64,000 nt of DNA from Rebecca billardiae RCC1528. Lineage: Eukaryota > Protista > Haptophyta. Shown here in pieces: positions 57,666 to 64,000 of the stretch. The notes beneath the pieces were generated by a model. The model did not search any database and had not been told where the DNA came from. It saw nothing but the letters and a program-made list of their open reading frames with translations. The translations under genes were made by a program, and so were the position numbers. Location: NCBI GenBank assembly GCA_965240325.2, contig OZ251246.1, positions 310,001 through 374,000 on the forward strand, written 5' to 3'. Numbering within the stretch: the first letter of the stretch is position 1; each line of letters starts with the position of its first letter.

Positions 57666-60625
57666 CTGGCCGCAGCACACTGGCACAGAGCCTCGATGGA
57701 GGCCGTTTTGAACGCGCTCGCGCGCGGCGAGCGTGAGCCGTGCAGGGTCTTTCGGCGCTGTGGGCGCCTCGAGGGCGTCAAGGTAGACCGCGCCCAAGCG
57801 GCTGTCGCCCCCTGGATCGGCCTCTCCGCGCCGTGCAGGCCGAACGAAGGTCCGAGTGGTCAGCCCCCAGTGCGTTTGGCGCCAGCGGCGCAAGCCAGCC
57901 TGACGGGCGGCCGGCGGCGCCGCGTTTCCGCAATAAATGCGCGACGAAAGTATTTATATTTAAATTTTTGCGTCGATTTCACGGTAGGCGACCACTCGGA
58001 CCTGGCGCAGTCAGGAACAACTGCTATGAGAGAGCCGCCGAAGCGGCCAGTGACAGTCTTTATGCGGGCCGCGCCAGCGCCGACCCTCACCCTGACTTCT
58101 CGACCATGCATATATATATATGTCTAGCCGTCCTCCTGAACGCCGACGCCAACTGCTGGCCGAAGGTGGGCACGCCGCCTGGCATGTCGATGCCGAGGCG
58201 GCTGCGTGTGTTCCTACTCAGTGGGATTTACGTGTCCTCATGCCTTGGCGAGCGGCAGCAGATGCGGTGGGCATGCCGCTCGCCGTCGACGAGACGCGGT
58301 GCGTGAGTGATCCCGCGCGGACGTCCGCTGACGGAAGGCTGAGCGCCTGCGGACTCGTCGACTGAACCTCCACCTGACCGCCCGGGAGCAGCACTGCTGG
58401 GGACCTAACCTGAAAAACCCAATCGTGTTGGGAGGCAGGGGGTCACATGAGCCCTAAGTGCAGCGCCGCAAGACCGGGCGGTCGGACGGCGGGTGTTGTG
58501 ATCCCGCCGCCCGAGCACCAGACCAACGGGCCCTGGGTGGGCGGGTTGCCGAAAGATGTTGGTCGGTGCACGCGACGCGCCACCCGCGTGCGAGCCGCCG
58601 CCGCCGGCGACGCAGGACGAGCTTGGCTGGAGCCATCTCGCACGCCGCGCCTGGCGAAGCAGGCGGCAGAGGCCGGCGCCGGAAATCGATCTCCTGGGCG
58701 GCAGAACAACCCGGACAGACTGTTTGTCCGGGAGCAGCGCCCTTTGAGGCGATGGTCTGGTAGAGGGCGATGTGGCTGATGAGCGGCGCTGGCGCCCGGC
58801 GTTCTTGTCGTCCTCTTAGACAATCAGTTATTGTACCAATAACCCCACGTCTAGCCGTCCTCCTGAACGCCGACGCCAACTGCTGGCCGAAGGTGGGCAC
58901 GCCGCCTGGCATGTCGATGCCGAGGCGGCTGCGTGTGTTCCTACTCAGTGGGATTTACGTGTCCTCATGCCTTGGCGAGCGGCAGCAGATGCGGTGGGCA
59001 TGCCGCTCGCCGTCGACGAGACGCGGTGCGTGAGTGATCCCGTTTCATGGTGTGTTGGGGAGCACCGCGTGGAGGAGAATCCCATTGAGCGATGGGAAGG
59101 AAAGGGGCAAGGCACGTGTGAGTCGCGCACGCACGAGGGCCGGCCAGCGGGGGCTGGGCAGGTGGGGCAGTGCGAGTGAGACGGAACCCGAATAGGAGAG
59201 ATAGCAGGCAGCCGGCCCCGCGGGCGCGGCGCTGCGGAAGCAGGAGAAGGCTAGACGGCCTTTGCGGATGCTGTGAATGGCCCGCGGGTGCGCACGGGGC
59301 CCGGCGCGCGGTGTGCCGCCAGCGGTCCTTGTGTAGGAGCCGGCTGGCGTTGGCACCGGGGCGATCCCGAGGCAGGGCGGGAGAGATGGAGCAGCGATCC
59401 GCGTGGGGGCGCACCCACGGAGGAGGAGGCATGTGGCGAAGAGGGAACGGTGCGATCGGGGCGGTTGCGGAAGAGCCACAGGGTGCGCACGCACACAGAG
59501 AGAGAAGAGGCGGTGGCCCGAAGCGCGAGGGGGCGCGATGCGGAGCGTTGCTTACCGCCGAGTTGCCGAAAGATGTTGGTCGGTGCACGCGACGCGCCAC
59601 CCGCGTGCGAGCCGCCGCCGCCGGCGACGCAGGACGAGCTTGGCTGGAGCCATCTCGCACGCCGCGCCTGGCGAAGCAGGCGGCAGAGGCCGGCGCCGGA
59701 AATCGATCTCCTGGGCGGCAGAACAACCCGGACAGACTGTTTGTCCGGGAGCAGCGCCCTTTGAGGCGATGGTCTGGTAGAGGGCGATGTGGCTGATGAG
59801 CGGCGCTGGCGCCCGGCGTTCTTGTCGTCCTCTTAGACAATCAGTTATTGTACCAATAACCCCACATATATGCGGCGCGAGCTGGGCATGCGCTGCCTGC
59901 GTGGCCAGGCCAAGATGCTCATCGCCCGCGCGCGCATGGCGCACGTGCGCCCGGGGGCACGCGCCCGCGGGGGCGCTGCATACGACGACTACTTCGAGAC
60001 GACGGCTGACGACGCGTGGCACTGCGACCACCGCGGTGGCGCGCGCCGCCGCGCGCGCGTCGACGCCAGACGGTACGTCGAGCTTCCGCTCGGCGATGGA
60101 GTGATGGGCGACTACGAGGGGAGAGGGGGGGGGGGGGACGGCGAGGAGCGCTGATCCTGGTGTTTGTCTCTGCTGCTCGATCTGCTGCTACAGCTTGCTG
60201 ACTCTGACGCCTGCCCGTTGCATACCACGTCGTTAATATATATATAAAGACTGGCCGGTGTTGGCCGCAAAACTACACGAAAAATATATATATATACATT
60301 TATTTGCCGCGTTTGCGGAAATGGTGGGGCTATCCCTGCCGCTCTGCCGCCGACTTCGCCCGCTGGCAGGCGCAGTGGGAGCCGACCACTCGTACCGCGT
60401 CGGCCGTCAGACAGCATTCATTCAGTTAGCGGGTGGCCGGTCGTGTACCGCCCGCGCCGCGGCCTCGCACGGCGCGGAGGGGCCGCTCCAGGGAGCGACC
60501 GCCGCCTGGGCGCGGTCCATCTTGACGCGCTTGAAGGGCCCACAGCGCCGAACGCCCCTGCACGCTTCACCTCGCCGCGCGCGAGCGCGTTCAACCTCCA
60601 TCCTGAGGTCCTGAACCGCGGCCAG
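57666..60625. mobile_element. Old element with long diverged inverted ends hosting the split-direct-repeat insertion
   Basis: 57707-57842 aligns inverted with ~60459-60594. Both ends begin CTGGCCGC. The right end shares ATCCTGAGGTC with the TIR of the 19872 element. Confidence 0.5.
58122..59865. mobile_element. Non-autonomous split-direct-repeat element (A1-B1A2-B2), PAT/Ngaro/TOC1-like
   Basis: A1 58122-58315 = A2 58849-59042 (194 bp). B1 58545-58848 = B2 59562-59865 (304 bp). B1 abuts A2. Both flanks are (AT)n. Confidence 0.85.
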
Positions 60626-60727
60626 TCTTTATCGTCGGACACTCTTCTGCTTTCTGTCTTCAGACCGTCAGACTTCCGAGCTCCTGGCAGAGTTCAGCGT
60701 TCAGATGAATCCGCAGACCGCATATAT

Positions 60728-60829
60728 AATCTCGCCTGCCTGCAGAGCTGTGTCACTGTGTGCGCCCCTTATTAATTAAACTGCATACCCGACGGCTGAG
60801 GAGACGGTCGTCGACGACGTCAGGTCACG
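60728..60829 (+). repeat. Dispersed short element, copy 3; also similar to ~62175-62250
   Basis: AATCTCGCCTGCCTGCAGAGCTG...GTCGACGACGTCAGGTCACG is shared with 62196-62250. Confidence 0.65.
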
Positions 60830-61068
60830 CCGATTACTACGACATCATCGTCACGATACATGTAGCAGCCGTCATCGTAATAAGCAATAATAAGTCCGAT
60901 ATCTTCGTCATCGATCGATATCGACTACGGTATATTCCGGAATAATAATCAGCAGTACCTGTGTATTTAAATCATACAATTAGTAAGCGCGGCGCCGCCG
61001 GCTTATCAGTCAGTTATTGATTCATCGGCTTTATGCGCGCGCGGCTACTATACATATACTAATCAGCA

Positions 61069-61574
61069 TCACTTATTATTACCACAGTAGTCGTGCGCTA
61101 GACGCCGCGATCCGGTAGAGCCGGGCGAATGCGTCGCACTCCACGGTCTCGTTGCGCGCGCACGGCTCGGTGCTGTACGTGAAGTGAGATGCGCGACGCG
61201 CTGCCCGTTGCGCTGTAGCCGGCGCCACCACGGCCCGCCGGCAGCCCGCGCGAGCCGCGTCGCCCACGCGCCTGACGTCGTGTCCTCGGCGCGCCGCGCG
61301 TCGAGCACGACTGCGAACAGCGTGTAGTCGAGCATCTCCGGCACGAGATTGGCCACCTCCGCCACGCTCTGCTCAGCCTTGTCACTGCGAGCACGACGGG
61401 AACGCCGTACGCGAGGCGAGGCGGCGCAATGAAGCGCGCCCCGATGGCAGAGAGCTCACCAACATGATCGAAGAGCCCGCCCGCACCCTCAGGCGTGGCC
61501 GCGGGGCGCGCGTCCGGGACCGCCTCAGGCCCCTGAGATTCGCCCCGGCCGCTCTGCGAGCATGGGTTCCCCAT
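61069..61574 (-). pseudogene. Frameshifted small gene with MGNxCS acylation-type N-terminus
   Basis: MGNPCSQ...VLAVTRLSRAW switches frame near 61362 to EVANLVPEMLDYTLFAVVLD. A MITE sits 11 bp upstream of the ATG. Confidence 0.4.
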
Positions 61575-61585
61575 GCGCAGAGCGG

Positions 61586-62128
61586 CAGGGCATGATAGGT
61601 AGTTGGGGCTAAGTAGTGATGCTACTTTGGTTTACTTAACTAAGTAGCGTCAACTACTTAGCTACCTCGGTCGGCTCCCGGGCAAAGTAGTCGCAACTAC
61701 CGTTAGCTACCTAGCTTTCCGAGACCAGCTGAGTAGTCGTGGCTACGTACTTCACTACGTAGTACTACGTAATCGACTAGGTAGCTGAGCCGTGAGCGAG
61801 CACGGACCACCGCGTCCGCGCGGGCGCGAATCAGCGAGTCGCGGACTGCCGCCGCCAGTGTCACCTTTGCGCGCGCGCCGACTGCTATGTCGCCGCCGCG
61901 CCGCCGCTGCACGCCGCCGCCCCCGGCCCGGCCAGCTATCACGGCGACTACGTAGGTGTACGTAGTGGCTACGTAGTCCAACTACTTAGCTACCTCGGTC
62001 GGCACCCCGGGCAAAGTAGTCAGCACTACGTAGCTACCTAGTCCTGGAACCGAGTGAAGTAGTGATGGCTACTTACGCAACTACTAGCTTAGTAAGTAAA
62101 GTAGGTTTATGATACCTACCATGCCCTG
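61586..62128. mobile_element. hAT-family MITE (543 bp)
   Basis: TIRs CAGGGCATGATAGGTA and TACCTACCATGCCCTG (1 mismatch). Perfect 8-bp TSD CAGAGCGG at 61578-61585 and 62129-62136. Dense ACTAC/GTAGT subterminal motifs. Internal ~50-bp direct repeat at 61651 and 61979. Confidence 0.93.
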
Positions 62129-62250
62129 CAGAGCGGTAAGGGTGTGTATCGGCCAGGGTTAGATGCACCTGGGAAGAATCCGATCCGCATACAGTATCTC
62201 GCCTGCCTTCAGACCCTTGCTTCAGAGCTGGTCGACGACGTCAGGTCACG

Positions 62251-63552
62251 ATGTCGGCGTGCGCCCTACTTGGCGTGATCGCGATGGTCGGTCCTCGTGA
62301 GCCCCCAGCCGTGAGCGGCGGCATGAAGCGCGTGCTGGCGAGCACGCACCTGCGCATGCGCGAGGAGCTGGTCGCGCTGCGGACGCGTGGCCACAGCGCG
62401 CGCCGCCGGCCGGCAGTCGGGCTGATCGTGAGCGGCCTCGCTCGCAACTGCAACCTCCCTGAGGCAGCGGCGAACCTGATGGAGGATTGTAATGCGGGCG
62501 TGGCCAGCCTCGCCGTGCTGCTGCAGCACTACGAGCCCGGCCGCTTCCCCCTGGACGAGCGCTGGGTCGCGCCAAGCCGCCACAAAAACGAGAGCCTGCC
62601 GTTTGCGTGGGGGGCGTGCGCGGCCACGCTGCTGCGCGCCGCCAACGAGTCGTCGTGCGAGCTGGTGCTCGGGCGGCAGTGGTTCGAGGCGGACGAGCGG
62701 GCGCAGGCGCTATGTGACGGGCGCGCGCGTAACGTCGGGCGCGCGGTGATGCAGGCGCTTGCCGCCGGCCGCGCGTACGAGTGGCACGGCCACTTCCTCG
62801 GACGGCCCAGTCCGGGCGCGCCGCCGCACGCGTATGTGCGCGGCCGCCTCGACGGGGTGCTGTGCGCGCCGCACACGCCGGCGGCGACGCTCGCCGCGCT
62901 GCGCGGCGTGCTCGTCAGCTCGAGCGTGCAGGACGACGCGCTCACCGGCGCGCAGTTCATCGGCGACATTTACGGCATGATGAGCGCAGACGTGGCGCCC
63001 GCCTACTTTGGCGCGTGGCGCTCGTGGCTGCCGCTCAACTGCTCGAGCGTGTGCTACGCGGGGCAGGGCTCGAGCGCGGTGGACGTGATCAAGCCGGTGC
63101 TGTCGAGGTCGTGCACGGGCGAGATCCCACTCTCGCGCTACCTGATCGGCAGCGGCGTGCGCGCCAGCCACCGCGCCAAGTACCGCCAGCAGCCCGTCTT
63201 CTACTTCAGCAGGAGGCCTGGCGACGAGACCGCTGCGGGTGTGCCCAAGCTCGCGGCCGCGTACCGCGCCTTCCGCGCGCAGATGTGCGCGCCGTGCTGG
63301 CCGGAGTGCCAGCTGCCGGCGCTGCGGGGGGAGAGCGTGCCGCGCTACGCGTGTGGCCGCCGCCGCCGCGTCGACCGATGCGCCAAATACGAGAGCATGC
63401 GGCCCAAGCTGCGGTGCAGCAGCGCGTGGTCGTACCCCCCGGCGTACTGCATGATGCAGAACGCAGAGCGCACAGCTCTGCCGCCCGGCATGAACTGGAG
63501 CGCGCCCGGGCGCATGCCGCTGCTCCGGCCACCATCACCGCCCCATCGATGA
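62251..63552 (+). CDS. Secreted/type II membrane protein, possible glycosyltransferase-like
   Basis: 433 aa with a hydrophobic N-terminus. GLIVSGLAR...AYVRGRLD...FIGDIYG resembles the SGxxR/RxRxD pattern seen in uncharacterised algal/viral glycan-modifying proteins. Confidence 0.6.
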   Translation: MSACALLGVIAMVGPREPPAVSGGMKRVLASTHLRMREELVALRTRGHSARRRPAVGLIVSGLARNCNLPEAAANLMEDCNAGVASLAVLLQHYEPGRFPLDERWVAPSRHKNESLPFAWGACAATLLRAANESSCELVLGRQWFEADERAQALCDGRARNVGRAVMQALAAGRAYEWHGHFLGRPSPGAPPHAYVRGRLDGVLCAPHTPAATLAALRGVLVSSSVQDDALTGAQFIGDIYGMMSADVAPAYFGAWRSWLPLNCSSVCYAGQGSSAVDVIKPVLSRSCTGEIPLSRYLIGSGVRASHRAKYRQQPVFYFSRRPGDETAAGVPKLAAAYRAFRAQMCAPCWPECQLPALRGESVPRYACGRRRRVDRCAKYESMRPKLRCSSAWSYPPAYCMMQNAERTALPPGMNWSAPGRMPLLRPPSPPHR

Positions 63553-64000
63553 ACGCGTCGCCGTTCTTGTCCCTGGTCAGCCTTTGGCAGCGCACGCAGC
63601 GCAGACGATCGAATCGAAGAAGCATTGATCAGAAGTTATTATTTGTATGTCGTATATATATATATATATATATTGAAAAAATAATGATGATGACGACGAC
63701 GAAGTCGATCTAAGATTCATCATCGAATCGCGATATATTCGAATTCATCTGGAAACCCAACTGCACAAAGCGGAGCGACTGCCGTCTGGGGACCCGCAGC
63801 CGCCTTCGCACGGCCCTTTATTGAGGTCTGATTGAGGATGATAATGATGATGATATGACTGATCTGATGAGGCCCGATGAGGGACATCAAGAAAATATCG
63901 TGCGTGGATACATATACGGGCCGCCCATGGCAATAAATAATGCCTACGACCCGCCGACATGCGAAAGTCGCTCGCTGATCGAAGAGATGATCGACCGCAT

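Noticed and set aside
56528-60625. One large composite transposon capturing the MUB-like gene (CAGGCCGCGGT...ACCGCGGCCAG)
   Set aside because: Only 10 of 11 GC-rich bases match and there is no TSD. The 57666 end pairs better with the right end.

Overview
Very GC-rich eukaryotic nuclear DNA with compact genes, short GC-rich GT-AG introns and TTAGGG-type interstitial repeats. The style suggests a haptophyte-like alga, but that is inference. Most listed ORFs are GC-driven shadow frames. About 20 real genes are supported: a membrane protein, a TPR/2OG-Fe(II) oxygenase, a degenerate Arf-like protein, an AASDH-like adenylation-thiolation enzyme with C-terminal ankyrin repeats (head-to-head with RAD6/UBC2), an EsV-1-7 repeat protein, a GT25-like glycosyltransferase, F-box/RCC1, Bcr/CflA MFS, Sel1-MYND, a mitochondrial-carrier-family protein, a long LRR protein, a HAD_SAK-type phosphatase, an intron-containing histone H4 (V65C), a TMC channel, MFSD6-like, an ANK-FHA-FHA-PP2C phosphatase, an Orai-like protein, a MUB-like CaaX ubiquitin-fold protein and a secreted unknown. 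The intergenic space holds many non-autonomous mobile elements readable from the sequence: two adjacent long-TIR CAAGGG elements with 7-bp TSDs, a 29-bp-TIR element with a 4-bp TSD and a truncated ORF, a hAT MITE, tRNA-derived SINEs and a miniature split-direct-repeat (A1-B1A2-B2, PAT/Ngaro/TOC1-like) element. A 13-bp palindrome GAGAT-N3-ATCTC is also scattered through exons and introns. Best candidates for undescribed biology are the A-T-ankyrin enzyme, the split-direct-repeat mini-element and the exon-invading palindrome.
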